Counted from the first letter of the stretch, positions 18,310 through 30,449 are shown. The stretch is 56,333 nucleotides of DNA from Thermoleophilia bacterium (GCA_039811765.1 JBDHZF010000003.1:1-56333), one strand, 5' to 3'. The notes: generated by a model not told the origin, from the letters alone. Numbers and translations: made by a program.

Positions 18310-18645
18310 TCAGAACCCCGGCAGCTTGGGACCCGCCATCACGTGCCAATGCAGGTGATCCACCACCTGCCCGGCGTCGACGCCGACATTGGTGACGAGG
18401 CGATAGCGACCGGCCACGCCGAGCTCGCGGGCGGTCTGGCGCACGAACGCGAGCATGCGATCGCTCGACCCGCCTGCGGCGATCCACGCGTCGAGATCGT
18501 CGACGTGCGCACGCGGCACGACGAGCACGTGCGTCGCGGCACGCGGTTGCACGTCGCGGAACGCGACGAACTCGTCGTCGGCCGCAACCACCTCGCTCGG
18601 CAGTTCGCCACTCGCAATCCTGCAGAAGACGCACGTTCCTTCCAT
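18310..18645 (-). CDS. HIT (histidine triad) family protein
   Basis: CVFCRI, AFRDVQP, HVLVVP and GQVVDHLHWHV. Confidence 0.93.
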   Translation of the reverse strand: MEGTCVFCRIASGELPSEVVAADDEFVAFRDVQPRAATHVLVVPRAHVDDLDAWIAAGGSSDRMLAFVRQTARELGVAGRYRLVTNVGVDAGQVVDHLHWHVMAGPKLPGF

Positions 18646-18718
18646 GACGTCGAAGCGTATAACACCAGTCGACGCGATACGATTCTGCGCAGCTCCGCTC
18701 CGAGAACGAACCGAAACT

Positions 18719-20290
18719 GTGCCGGAAACCCCCTCATATCGCGCGCCGTCGAGACCGAATCCGCGACTCGAATCGCTGCGGCCGTTCCATGCGCGACCGT
18801 GGCGCTCCGCCGGCGATCCGCAACTGCGGCGCGGCGTGGTGATCGCGACGACGATCCTCGCGCTGATGGCGGTGGCGGCACTTGCCGCGTTCGCGATTCG
18901 ATCGGGCAGGCCCGACCCATGGATCTGGGCGTTCGTGGCGGCGATCGTCGCAACAGAGATGACCGAGCTGCCGGTCGCCACCAGCTCCGGCGAATTCAAG
19001 GTACTGCTCAATGACGCGCTCGTGCTGATCGCGATTGCATGGTTCTCTGCGCCGGAAGTGGCGCTGCTCTTGGCTGTCGTGACCGCCACGTCGTGGATGC
19101 TGCTGCCGCTCTCATCGAGCATGCGGCTCGCCCACATGTCTAGCTCGCTCATGTACCGGTGCGCACTCTGGGGCGTGGCCGCGATCACGTTCGCGAGCGA
19201 CAGCTCGGTGTACGCCTCGCTGCTCGCGATGACGGTCGCTGGAATCGTCTACGACTGCATGCTGCTGTGGCCGCTCACGCGCCTCTACATCGCAGATCAA
19301 ACGCGCACGTGGCGACAGTACCTGCAACATGCGGTTCCGATGCAAGTCGTGATCGCGGGCGGCTGCCTGCCGCTTGCCATCATCGGCGTCGCCGCGATGG
19401 AAACTGCGCCGTGGGCAGCGCCGCTGCTCGCCGTGCCGCTGTTGATCACGTGGCGACTCGCCCTGCTCGGCAGCGAGCTTCGCGACATGACCGCGTCGGA
19501 TCGGATGAAGTCGAGGTTCATCTCGATGGCGTCGCACGAGCTGCAGACGCCGCTCACGTCGGTGGTGGGGTTCTCCGCCACGCTCGAGGACCGGTGGGAC
19601 CAGCTCGACGAACCGCAGCGCCGACGGTTCCTGCACATCGTGCACGAGCAAGGCGTTCGCCTGTCGCGCCTCGTGTCGCAGATGCTGGTGCTGTCGCGAC
19701 TGGACGCGGACGAATCGCGCCCGTCGCGTCCAGTCCAGGTGCTCGAGTCGGTGGAACGCGGCCTGCTCGACAGCGGCGTCGATCCGGCGACGGTCCAGAT
19801 CGACGTCGGCGAGGACCTGTACGTGCGCGCGTCCGAGGACGACCTCACCCGACTCGTCGTGAACCTCTTGTCGAACGCCGACAAGTACGGCGCGCCCCCG
19901 ATCCGCGTTTCCGCGTATCGCGACTCCGCCAGTTGGATCACGATCGAAGTGGCGGATTCCGGACACGGCATCGATCCCGGAGATCGCATGCGCATGTTCG
20001 ACCACTTCGCGCGTGGCGCGGACGTGCCGTCGAACGTGGCCGGCTCGGGGCTGGGCCTGGCGATCGCGCGCCAGATCGCGCGCCAGCACGGCGGCGACCT
20101 CTACTACGACGACAGCGCGGCGTCCGGCGCATGCTTCGCGCTGCGACTTCGTCGCGAGACCTGCGACGACGAATCGAGCAACGAGGCCGACAGCGCTCCC
20201 GAAGCGTGGTCGAGCGCGTCGATGCTCACCACGACGAGCCGACCGTCGAACCGATCGTCGGACACGCCGGGCAGCACGACGGGCGAGTAG
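18719..20290 (+). CDS. membrane sensor histidine kinase (orphan in this window)
   Basis: Multi-TM N-terminus, SHELQTPLTS, NLLSNADKY, DSGHGI and GSGLGLAI. Start uncertain. Confidence 0.9.
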   Translation: MPETPSYRAPSRPNPRLESLRPFHARPWRSAGDPQLRRGVVIATTILALMAVAALAAFAIRSGRPDPWIWAFVAAIVATEMTELPVATSSGEFKVLLNDALVLIAIAWFSAPEVALLLAVVTATSWMLLPLSSSMRLAHMSSSLMYRCALWGVAAITFASDSSVYASLLAMTVAGIVYDCMLLWPLTRLYIADQTRTWRQYLQHAVPMQVVIAGGCLPLAIIGVAAMETAPWAAPLLAVPLLITWRLALLGSELRDMTASDRMKSRFISMASHELQTPLTSVVGFSATLEDRWDQLDEPQRRRFLHIVHEQGVRLSRLVSQMLVLSRLDADESRPSRPVQVLESVERGLLDSGVDPATVQIDVGEDLYVRASEDDLTRLVVNLLSNADKYGAPPIRVSAYRDSASWITIEVADSGHGIDPGDRMRMFDHFARGADVPSNVAGSGLGLAIARQIARQHGGDLYYDDSAASGACFALRLRRETCDDESSNEADSAPEAWSSASMLTTTSRPSNRSSDTPGSTTGE

Positions 20291-21543
20291 TCACGCACGT
20301 ATCCGGTGCGAGTCGTCGCGCCGCGAGGCTCGTTCGGCCCAGCGTCAGCCGCGACGTGCGCGTCGGTCATCAGCACACCTGCACCGGCTCCGTATCCAGA
20401 CGCGGCGCGCGGCTCCACGATCACCTCGTCGACCGAGCCCACGAGCCGCGCGCGATGCGCGAGCGCCAGCTCGTCGGCCTGCTCGCGAAGCCGGCGACTG
20501 CGCTCGGCCTTCACCGCGCGATCGACGGGATCGCGATGCTGAACCGCGACCGTTCCGGGACGTTCGCTGAACGGGAACGCGTGCACCTTCGTGAATCCCA
20601 TCGAGCGCGCGAACTCGAACGTGCGCTCGAACGACGCGTCGTCCTCCGTGGGATACCCGACGATCACGTCGGTGGTCACGTTGAGCTCGGGCAACGCGTT
20701 GCGGGCAGCGTCGATCGCGCGGGCGTACCGGCGCGCGTCGTAGTGGCGCGCCATCGCCGCGAGCACGGAGTCGTCGCCGCTTTGCAGCGGCACGTGCAGG
20801 TGCGGACACACCTTCGGATGCTCCGCCATTGCCGCCACGAGTCGACGGTTGACGTGGTTGGACTCGATCGACGAGATGCGAACGCGATCGACCTCGTCCA
20901 CATCCGCCACCGCGAGCAGCAACCGATCCAACCCGATGCGCGAGTTCGCGTCGCGATACAGGCCGATGTTCACACCGGTGAGCACGATCTCGCGCTGGCC
21001 GCGCGCGGCGCGTCGACGCACCTCGTCGATGATCGCGTCGAGATCGCGCGAGCGTGGTTCGCCTCGAACCGCGGGCACGATGCAGTAGGAGCAATTGAAG
21101 TCGCAGCCGTCCTGCACCTTCACGAACGCGCGCGTGCGCTTCGAGGCGCTGCGCGCTCCGGGCGCGACGCCGGGCGCGGGCCCGCGGCACCCCAATCCAG
21201 CCAGCGAGTCCGCGGCCTCCACGATCGCGCTCGCCGCGAGCGACGCCGCGCCGGGCAGCACCGTCACCCGCTCGTCGATCGAGGCGTACTGGGCCGGATC
21301 GTTCGACGCCCCGCAGCCGGTGACGAACACGAGGCCGTCGTCGCCCACGCCGTCCAGCATGCGACGGACGCGCTTGCGCGATTTCTTCTCCGCTTCGCCG
21401 GTGATGCAGCACGTGTTGACCACGCGCACGTTCGCGTGCTCGGTGTCCTCGTCGTGACCGGCCGCGGCGAGCGCGTCGCCGATCGACTGCGCGTCCGTGT
21501 GGCTGATCTTGCAGCCGAGGAAGTCGACCTCGTACCCGGTCAT
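20104..21543 (-). CDS. mtaB: MiaB/MtaB-family radical SAM methylthiotransferase
   Basis: LGCK, NTCCIT, TGC, KVQDGCDFNCSYC, HLHVPLQSG and FSERPGT; located after rsmE. Confidence 0.85.
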   Translation of the reverse strand: MTGYEVDFLGCKISHTDAQSIGDALAAAGHDEDTEHANVRVVNTCCITGEAEKKSRKRVRRMLDGVGDDGLVFVTGCGASNDPAQYASIDERVTVLPGAASLAASAIVEAADSLAGLGCRGPAPGVAPGARSASKRTRAFVKVQDGCDFNCSYCIVPAVRGEPRSRDLDAIIDEVRRRAARGQREIVLTGVNIGLYRDANSRIGLDRLLLAVADVDEVDRVRISSIESNHVNRRLVAAMAEHPKVCPHLHVPLQSGDDSVLAAMARHYDARRYARAIDAARNALPELNVTTDVIVGYPTEDDASFERTFEFARSMGFTKVHAFPFSERPGTVAVQHRDPVDRAVKAERSRRLREQADELALAHRARLVGSVDEVIVEPRAASGYGAGAGVLMTDAHVAADAGPNEPRGATTRTGYVRDYSPVVLPGVSDDRFDGRLVVVSIDALDHASGALSASLLDSSSQVSRRSRSAKHAPDAALSS

Positions 21544-22241
21544 GCCACCTGCGTGCTGAACGCGTCGAGGACGGGTCGGCGGCCCATCATGCGGAGCACG
21601 GCCTCGCCGGCAGCGGTGCCAAGCATCGCGCCCATCACGACATCCGTCGGGAAGTGCACGCCGGCGTACACGCGCGAGGTGGCGACTTGCTTGGCGAGCG
21701 AATACGCCTCGGCTGCGAGCGACGGCGCCAGCACCGAGATCACGCGCGCGGCGGCATACGCCGAACTCGTGTGGCCCGACGGGTACGACGGATCGCGCGG
21801 GCGCGGCACTACCGTGGTGATCGAGGGATCGACCTGGAACGGTCGTTCCCGTCGGAAGCGCCACTTGATCGCCTGCGTGCCAATGCCGTTGACCGCGAAC
21901 GTCGCCGCGAGCAGCGCGGTGTCGAGCCAGCCCTGGATCGGACCCGAATCGCCGCGGTGTCGTTTGGCGAGATCCATCCAGATGCGATGCGAGCCGTCGT
22001 GCGCAAGCTTCAGCGCCCACGCGTTGCCCGCCGGGGTGCGCAGCCGCTGAGCCAAGCGTACGGATTCGAGGTCGGCTTTCCCTGCAACCGAATCAGGCGA
22101 CGGCGGCGCAGGCACCATGCTGCTCGTCATGCCGGACGATTCGGGGCCGGGAAGCCCGTCGATGCGTGGAAGCACGAGGCCGGGCACGAGCGTGTCGTCA
22201 GTCGACGGGAGCTGCGGGACGGATGCTGCGGGAATCTGCAT
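21540..22241 (-). CDS. PAP2-family phosphatase
   Basis: KWRFRRERP, YPSGH and SRVYAGVHFPTD; TAGAAT 6 nt before ATG. Confidence 0.88.
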   Translation of the reverse strand: MQIPAASVPQLPSTDDTLVPGLVLPRIDGLPGPESSGMTSSMVPAPPSPDSVAGKADLESVRLAQRLRTPAGNAWALKLAHDGSHRIWMDLAKRHRGDSGPIQGWLDTALLAATFAVNGIGTQAIKWRFRRERPFQVDPSITTVVPRPRDPSYPSGHTSSAYAAARVISVLAPSLAAEAYSLAKQVATSRVYAGVHFPTDVVMGAMLGTAAGEAVLRMMGRRPVLDAFSTQVA

Positions 22242-22250
22242 GACGGGATT

Positions 22251-22976
22251 CTACGTGCCGGGGCGCGCGTGCATCGAGACAACCGCCACCGCGACCGCGG
22301 CGGCGAGCTCGCTGCGCAGAATCGTGGGACCAAGTCGAGCGTGGCGCCAGCCGCGCCGTTCGAGGTCTTCCACGAGGCCGGAGGGGAATCCATTCGACGC
22401 GCCGATCAGCAGTCGCATCGCCGAACCCGCTGGCTCGCTCGCGACGAGTTCGGAGAGCAGGATCGGCGCGTCGGGAACCACGATGATCCCCGGATCCGCG
22501 TCGTGCAACTCGCACGCGTCGATCGGTTCCGCCACGATCGGCACGGCCGAACGCTTCGCCTGTTTGGCTGCGGTGATCGCGAGGCGCCCGAGGCGATCGG
22601 CGCGCGCGTTCACCTTCTCGAGGTCGCGAGCGTTCGCGACGACTGGAACGATTCGCGTCGCTCCGGCTTGCACGGCGCCGTCGACGAGCTGGTCGGTGCG
22701 TCCCCCCACGCTGACGAACGCGAACAGGTCGATGCGAGCTTCGAGCGGGACCTCGCCGATGCGCTCGTCCAGCACGACCAGGCCATCCGCGCCTTCGAAC
22801 GACGCCTGCCACGCGACGCGCGCCGCGTCGACGATCTCGATCGCCGCGTCGGTCTTCGCGCCGTGCAGCACGCGCGCGTGCCGTGAATCGAACTCGTCGA
22901 GCTGCACGCGCGCGCCGAGCTCGCCGATCGCGTCCACGAAGAAGCGGAATCGATGTCGATCGTCCGGCTCGCTCAT
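22251..22976 (-). CDS. rsmE: 16S rRNA m3U1498 methyltransferase RsmE (divergent)
   Basis: HARVL, AAKQAKR and LGPTILRSELAA; located after prmA. Confidence 0.8.
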   Translation of the reverse strand: MSEPDDRHRFRFFVDAIGELGARVQLDEFDSRHARVLHGAKTDAAIEIVDAARVAWQASFEGADGLVVLDERIGEVPLEARIDLFAFVSVGGRTDQLVDGAVQAGATRIVPVVANARDLEKVNARADRLGRLAITAAKQAKRSAVPIVAEPIDACELHDADPGIIVVPDAPILLSELVASEPAGSAMRLLIGASNGFPSGLVEDLERRGWRHARLGPTILRSELAAAVAVAVVSMHARPGT

Positions 22977-22981
22977 GCTGC

Positions 22982-23851
22982 TCACCAGATCGATCGGTGC
23001 CGCATCGCCTCGGCGTGCTCGCGCGCGTCCTCGAGCACGACCGCCGCCCAACCGTCGCGGTCGCGGCGCTCACGCAGCACGTAGCCGACTGCCTCGTAAG
23101 CCGCGACGCAATCGTCGACCTGCGATCGCAGCAATCCGCTCAGCACCAGACGGGGCGCGGTCATCTTCGGGGCGATGCGCACGAGCGGTTCGAGCAGCAC
23201 GTTGGCGAGGACAATGTCAGCGCGCGGGATGTCGTCGGCGAGCGCGTCGCACACGAATGCGCGCACGAGCATGTCCACGTCGTTGCGACGCAGGTTGTCG
23301 ATCGTGGATTCGATCGCGACGGGATCGTTGTCGATCGCGGCGATCGGACCGAAGCCGAGCTTCGCGGCGGCGATCGCGAGCACGCCGCTGCCGCATCCGA
23401 GGTCGAGCACGCTCGCTTTCGGCTGTTGTTGCAGGAGCGTCAGCACCAGGCGCGTGGTGGGGTGCGCGCCCGTGCCGAATCCTTGGGCGGGTTCGATCAC
23501 GATGCGGCGCATCCCTTCGGGCGCGTCGGCTTCCTGCCAGGGCGGCCCCACCCACAGATCGCCGATCACGACGGCCTGGTGGAACTCCTTCCAGCGCTCG
23601 GCCCAGTCGCCGGGCACGGGCGTCACCTCGGCGGCGTCGAGGATCTCGATCGCCTCGCCGGCGAGCCACGCCGTGAACCTGGATTCGTCTCCCGCAGGAA
23701 TGAACACCGCGAAGCGCGCGGTTGCGGTGGACTCGTCGACGTCGTCTTGTTGGAAGCCGCCGGGGCTGAACTCGCCGACGGCCAGCTCGGCGAGTTCGAC
23801 CTGGTCGGCGCGCACGCGCACAGCGACTTCCACGAGCGGCTGCTCGCTCAC
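22982..23851 (-). CDS. prmA: ribosomal protein L11 methyltransferase
   Basis: DWAERWK, GFGTGAHPTT, VLDLGCGSGVL and LSGLL. Confidence 0.93.
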   Translation of the reverse strand: MSEQPLVEVAVRVRADQVELAELAVGEFSPGGFQQDDVDESTATARFAVFIPAGDESRFTAWLAGEAIEILDAAEVTPVPGDWAERWKEFHQAVVIGDLWVGPPWQEADAPEGMRRIVIEPAQGFGTGAHPTTRLVLTLLQQQPKASVLDLGCGSGVLAIAAAKLGFGPIAAIDNDPVAIESTIDNLRRNDVDMLVRAFVCDALADDIPRADIVLANVLLEPLVRIAPKMTAPRLVLSGLLRSQVDDCVAAYEAVGYVLRERRDRDGWAAVVLEDAREHAEAMRHRSIW

Positions 23852-24966
23852 GGGTGCACCATGCGCTTGAGACGGCTGAGCAGGCTTTCCTTCTCACGAT
23901 AGATGCGCTCGTCCTCGAGCGCGTGGAAACGCGCGATCGCGTCGTGCTGTTCGGGCGAGAGGTCCTTGGGCACGCGCACGTTGCAGAAGACGACGAGATT
24001 GCCACGGCCGCCCCCGCGCAGGCGCCCCGATCCCTTGCCGGCGATCACGAGCCGCGTGCCGGGCTGGGTGCCGGCGGGCACGTCGAGCGACGCGTCTTCG
24101 CCATCCACCGTGGGAATCGACGCGACCGTGCCGAGCGTTGCTTGGGCGATGGTGAGGTCGAGCACGGTGACGAGATCGTCGTCCTCGCGAATGAAGCGAT
24201 CGTCGGAGGCGACCTGCACGTCGACGTACAGGTTGCCCGCAGGGCCGCCGTTGGAGCCGACGCCGCCGCGGCCGGTGAGGCGAATGCGCTGGCCGTCTTG
24301 GATGCCGGCGGGGATGCTCACGGTGACGGCGCGCTGCTCGGGTTGTTCGCCCGTGCCCGAGCAGGTGCGGCACGGATCGGTGATCGTGCGGCCGGAGCCG
24401 GCGCAGGCTGGGCAGACGCGCTCTTGCACGACTTGGCCGAAGATCGATCGCGACACTTGGCGCACGGCGCCGTGCCCGGCGCAGGTCTCGCAGGTGCGCG
24501 CGCCATCGGGGGTGGCGGCGCCGGAGCCGTCGCAGGTCGTGCACGTGCCGGCGGTAGTGAAGGTCAGCTCGCGTTCGGCGCCGAGCACCGCGTCGCGGAA
24601 GGAGAGTTGCACGGCGAGCTGCACGTCGTCGCCGCGCCCGCCCGAGCCGGGAGTGCCGCGCCCGCCGAAGATGTCCTCGCCGAAGAACGCGCCGAAGATG
24701 TCGGCGATCGATCCGAAGTTCGCGAACTGGGGTTCCCAGCCGCCCTGCTTGAGTCCGGCCTCGCCGTAGCGGTCGTAGACTCCTCGGCGTTCGTCGTCGG
24801 AGAGCACCTCGTAGGCTTCGGTGACGCGACGAAACTGCTCCTCGGCGTTCGGGTCGTCGCTCACGTCCGGGTGCAGCTCGCGCGCCTTGCGGCGGTACGC
24901 CTTCTTGATGTCGCCGGCGTCGGCGTCCTTCGCCACGCCGAGCAGCTCGTAGAAATCCTGCGCCAT
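23848..24966 (-). CDS. dnaJ: chaperone DnaJ
   Basis: J-domain with HPD, G/F-rich region, four CxxCxGxG motifs and C-terminal domain. Confidence 0.96.
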   Translation of the reverse strand: MAQDFYELLGVAKDADAGDIKKAYRRKARELHPDVSDDPNAEEQFRRVTEAYEVLSDDERRGVYDRYGEAGLKQGGWEPQFANFGSIADIFGAFFGEDIFGGRGTPGSGGRGDDVQLAVQLSFRDAVLGAERELTFTTAGTCTTCDGSGAATPDGARTCETCAGHGAVRQVSRSIFGQVVQERVCPACAGSGRTITDPCRTCSGTGEQPEQRAVTVSIPAGIQDGQRIRLTGRGGVGSNGGPAGNLYVDVQVASDDRFIREDDDLVTVLDLTIAQATLGTVASIPTVDGEDASLDVPAGTQPGTRLVIAGKGSGRLRGGGRGNLVVFCNVRVPKDLSPEQHDAIARFHALEDERIYREKESLLSRLKRMVHP

Positions 24967-25325
24967 GCTGGTGCTCATGCCATCCCGGGTCGATCGATCG
25001 TGCGTGCGCGACTGCGCGTCCGCGCATCGTATCGCAGCGCCGATCCCCGCCGCATCGCCCTGCCGAGGCCTCGTAGGCCACACAAAACCGATGCGTTCTC
25101 GGATCTCGCGACATCGGTGTGGTCCGAGGCAGTCGATGTCCATGTGCGTGGCACTGGCGAGCGAAAACGACGGCTCAACCGACGGATTCGCTCACCAGTG
25201 CACCACTCGCGCCACCGACACGACACATCGAACTCGCGTCCGCGGGCGACATGCCCCGCGCGCGATCTGGGGCCTGAATCGCCGCGATCCGAGCCACGCT
25301 CGGCACGACTCGTGGTGCGTGTCGA

Positions 25326-26378
25326 TCAGCGGCCGTAGAGCTCGCCGGCGAGGTCGCCCAGGCCGGCGGCGGCGACGTTGACGCAGCGCGAGGCGAGGCC
25401 GTAGTCCATCGAGCGCGGGCCGATCAGCCCGACGATGCCGAGCGGGCGTGCACCCACCCCGTACGCGGCGCCGACCACGCTCAGGCGGCGCAGCTCCGGC
25501 ATCTGGTTCTCGCCACCGATGCTGATCGCCACGCCGCGCGTGGAGCCGGCCGCGAGCGTCGGCGCGGCGCGTTCCACGATCGGGCGCAGCGCCTCGAGCA
25601 GGCGGCGGCGCTCGTCGAGCATCGCCACGAGCTGCAGCACGCGGCTCACGTCGGCGTCGCCATCCTCGGGCGCGGAGCCGCCGATCAGCAGCTCCTGGCC
25701 GGCGGCGTCGTCGAGTTCGTCGAACGCCGGCGCGAGCTGCGCGAGGAACGCGCGTTCTGCAGGCGCGAGTTCGGGGTGTGTGAACTGCGCGCGAAGGCGG
25801 TGATCGCCCACGGCGAGGCCGGCGACCTGCTCGTTGAGGTATTCGCCCGCCCAGTCGACGAGCCCGGGATCGACCGCGCCGGGCGTCGTCACCACGTGCC
25901 GAGCCACGTCGCCCGCGGCCGTGATCACGACCGCCACCACGCGGTTGGGTTGCAGCTGCAGCACCTCGACGTGACGAATCACGGCACCGCTCACTCGCGG
26001 TGCGGTGATCACCGCGAGCAGTCCCGTCGCGTCGGCCAGGCGACGCGTGGTCTCGCGCAACGCCTCCTCCACGCGTGCGCCGGGGTCGTCGACCGCGACC
26101 TGCGCGCGCACGCCCCCGCCACGTGCGGGCGCGGTGTCCATGAGCCGGTCCACGTACACGCGATAGCCGGCGTCGGTTGGCACGCGTCCCGCGCTCGTGT
26201 GCGGATGTTCGAGCATCCCGACTTGCTCGAGCCGCCCGAGCTCGTAACGCACGGTGGACGACGAGGCATCCACGAAGCCGCCCTCGACGAGCACCTTCGA
26301 TCCCACGGGTCGACCCGTGGCGTGGTGGATCTCCACCACGGCCTTGAGGATCCGCGCCTGTCGCTGCGTGAGCTGCAT
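25326..26378 (-). CDS. hrcA: heat-inducible transcription repressor HrcA
   Basis: PVGSK, SSSTVR, HPHTSAGRVPT..GYR.YVD and IGPRSMDY. Confidence 0.93.
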   Translation of the reverse strand: MQLTQRQARILKAVVEIHHATGRPVGSKVLVEGGFVDASSSTVRYELGRLEQVGMLEHPHTSAGRVPTDAGYRVYVDRLMDTAPARGGGVRAQVAVDDPGARVEEALRETTRRLADATGLLAVITAPRVSGAVIRHVEVLQLQPNRVVAVVITAAGDVARHVVTTPGAVDPGLVDWAGEYLNEQVAGLAVGDHRLRAQFTHPELAPAERAFLAQLAPAFDELDDAAGQELLIGGSAPEDGDADVSRVLQLVAMLDERRRLLEALRPIVERAAPTLAAGSTRGVAISIGGENQMPELRRLSVVGAAYGVGARPLGIVGLIGPRSMDYGLASRCVNVAAAGLGDLAGELYGR

Positions 26379-26416
26379 TCCTGCCAATTATGGCCCGTTG
26401 CCCGGGGAATCGCAGA

Positions 26417-27601
26417 TCAAGGATCCAGCAGCAGCGTGCCCACCGAGCCCTGCAGCATACGGCCGCGGCGGTTGAGTCGCAGGCGGACGCTGCCGCGGTG
26501 GACGCCGTCGTCGTCGGCTGCGAGTTCGGCCGTGCCGAGGCCGAGGTCGACGAGACGTTCGATGCCGGCCGCGTCCACGATGCCGTCGGCGATGTCGCTT
26601 GCCGTGATCAGCGCCGGCTCGTCCATGCGCAGCGCGAGCATCACGCGTTCGATGCGCGCGGTGGCCGCGTCGACCTGCTCTACGCGCGCGGGCGGCAGCT
26701 CGCCCGCCTCCACGGCCGCCAGCCAGCGCGGCACGTTCGGCAGGTTCGTGCGACGCACGAGGCCGCCCGCGGTGCATGACTCGTCATCCTGCATGCCCAC
26801 GCCGCCCACGCCCACGGCCATCCAGCCGGACGCGTACCAGTACGCGAGGTTGTGTCGGCAGCGCTCGCTCGCCTCGCGCGCGAAATTGGCGGTCTCGTAC
26901 CACCACCAGCCGGCGTCCTCGAGTCGGTCGACGACGAGGTCGTAGAGGTCGTCGCTGCCCTCGCCCACGATCTCGTCCTTGTCGGTGCCGAACGCGTGCG
27001 CCAGGCGCGTGCCGGGCTTGAACTCCAGCTCGTAGGCGCTCAGGTGATCGGGGCCGAGCGCGAGCGCGACATCGAGGTCCCGCGCGACCGCTTCGGGCGT
27101 CTGCCCGGGCACGCCCCAGATCAAGTCGAGCGAGAGGCGCTCGATGCCGGCGTCGCGCAGCTGGGCGACCGCGCCGCGCACGACCTCCGGCGACGCGCGT
27201 CGCTCGAGCGTGGCGAGCACCGCCGGATCGAAGCTCTGCGCGCCGAGCGACACGCGGTTCGTGGCGCCCGCCGCGAGCTGCGCGGCGAGCTGCGCGTCGA
27301 CCGTCTCCGGGTTGCACTCGATGGTGACCTCCGCGCCCGGGGCGGCGAGCTGCGCGAGCCATGCCTGCAGCGCATCCATCGCGTCCGGCTCGAGCAGCGT
27401 GGGCGTGCCGCCGCCCACGAAGATCGTGTCGAAGCCGTCGCGTGGCGTGCCGCCCTGCAGCTCGAGCTCGCGCGCGAGCGCCGCTACGTAGCGCGCGTGA
27501 ATCTCGGAGCTGCGACTCGTGGTGACGAAGTCGCAGTAGCCGCAGCGGTGCGCGCAGAACGGCACGTGAACGTAAAGGCTGCGGACGGGATCATTGGTCA
27601 C
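26417..27601 (-). CDS. hemW: radical SAM heme chaperone HemW
   Basis: LYVHVPFCAHRCGYCDF, GGGTPT, ECNP, YETANFA and HNLAYW; TACGAT 7 nt before GTG. Confidence 0.92.
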   Translation of the reverse strand: MTNDPVRSLYVHVPFCAHRCGYCDFVTTSRSSEIHARYVAALARELELQGGTPRDGFDTIFVGGGTPTLLEPDAMDALQAWLAQLAAPGAEVTIECNPETVDAQLAAQLAAGATNRVSLGAQSFDPAVLATLERRASPEVVRGAVAQLRDAGIERLSLDLIWGVPGQTPEAVARDLDVALALGPDHLSAYELEFKPGTRLAHAFGTDKDEIVGEGSDDLYDLVVDRLEDAGWWWYETANFAREASERCRHNLAYWYASGWMAVGVGGVGMQDDESCTAGGLVRRTNLPNVPRWLAAVEAGELPPARVEQVDAATARIERVMLALRMDEPALITASDIADGIVDAAGIERLVDLGLGTAELAADDDGVHRGSVRLRLNRRGRMLQGSVGTLLLDP

Positions 27602-28505
27602 GAACTCGATCGTAGCGGAGCGGTGAGCCCAGTGGCACCGGCACTCGACTAATCGGCGCGGGACGCCCCTCGGGCACGGAGATCCAGTTGCGTCCGTCCG
27701 GGGTGAACGCGATCGCCTCGGCGCGATCGGGCGCGGGCAGTGACATTGGTGGCGTCGCCAGCAGCGCCTCAGCGAGCGATTGCCCGGGCGCGCGTCGCCA
27801 CTCGTACGCGGTGGACGTGGAGCGCAGCACAATCGCGCCACCGTCGCCGCGCACGTCCCCCGCGGTGATCGCGCCGAGCCCGGTGAGCTCGCCCACAAGC
27901 TCGGCGCGCACGGATCCGACAAGCAGTTGTTCGCGCGGCAGACGAAGGAGCCGGGCGGGCGCGCCGTCGCGTTGCTTGCTCACGAGCAGCCCGTCTCCGG
28001 TGACGGGATCCATCAACAGCGCCTCGACATCGATCCTCGTGCCCAGCGGATATGCGATGTCGATCTGCCGCACGCCCACGATCTGGTCGCCCGCGGCGGG
28101 ATCCGGTTCGGCAAACGCGAACAGTCTCGTCCCCCCGCGCAGCTTCAGGTTGTCGCCCGTGTCGGCGAGCCACAGCCACGGCGATCCGTCCGGCCCTGGC
28201 GCGAGCGCGATGTCCTCCGCGTCGAACGTGATCGCGCGCGACAACCGCACCTCGGCGCGCACGTCGCCGTCCAACCCCACCGCGAACACGCGCGCAATGT
28301 CGCCCGAATCGTTGTGCACCCACGCGATGCCCGGATGCGTCGCGCTCACCGCGACGCCCGAGTTCTCCGTCAAGCGCGGATCGTCGATGCGCCCGACAAC
28401 CGGCCACGGCGCCGGCGCGCATGGACTCGGCACCCCCGGCACTTCAGGCACACTCGAAATCACCCTGCTCGTCGCGCACGGCGACGCCACCCCTGCGATC
28501 TGCAC
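27591..28505 (-). CDS. hypothetical beta-propeller-like protein
   Basis: ENSG, WVHNDSG, DAEDIA, LADTGDN, DVEAL and EAIAF; GGAGGG RBS. Confidence 0.7.
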   Translation of the reverse strand: MQIAGVASPCATSRVISSVPEVPGVPSPCAPAPWPVVGRIDDPRLTENSGVAVSATHPGIAWVHNDSGDIARVFAVGLDGDVRAEVRLSRAITFDAEDIALAPGPDGSPWLWLADTGDNLKLRGGTRLFAFAEPDPAAGDQIVGVRQIDIAYPLGTRIDVEALLMDPVTGDGLLVSKQRDGAPARLLRLPREQLLVGSVRAELVGELTGLGAITAGDVRGDGGAIVLRSTSTAYEWRRAPGQSLAEALLATPPMSLPAPDRAEAIAFTPDGRNWISVPEGRPAPISRVPVPLGSPLRYDRVRDQ

Positions 28506-28598
28506 CAGTCCCTCCCCGGCCCGGTCGACGCGGGGAATCTACCAGCGGCGTCAGTAGCGGAACTTGCGGGCGCGTCCCGCAGCCACCGTCGCGCCGCG

Positions 28599-30449
<1,851 letters not shown>

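Noticed and set aside
24967-25325. Absence of grpE-dnaK between hrcA and dnaJ
   Set aside because: hrcA-dnaJ without dnaK is the usual actinobacterial arrangement.
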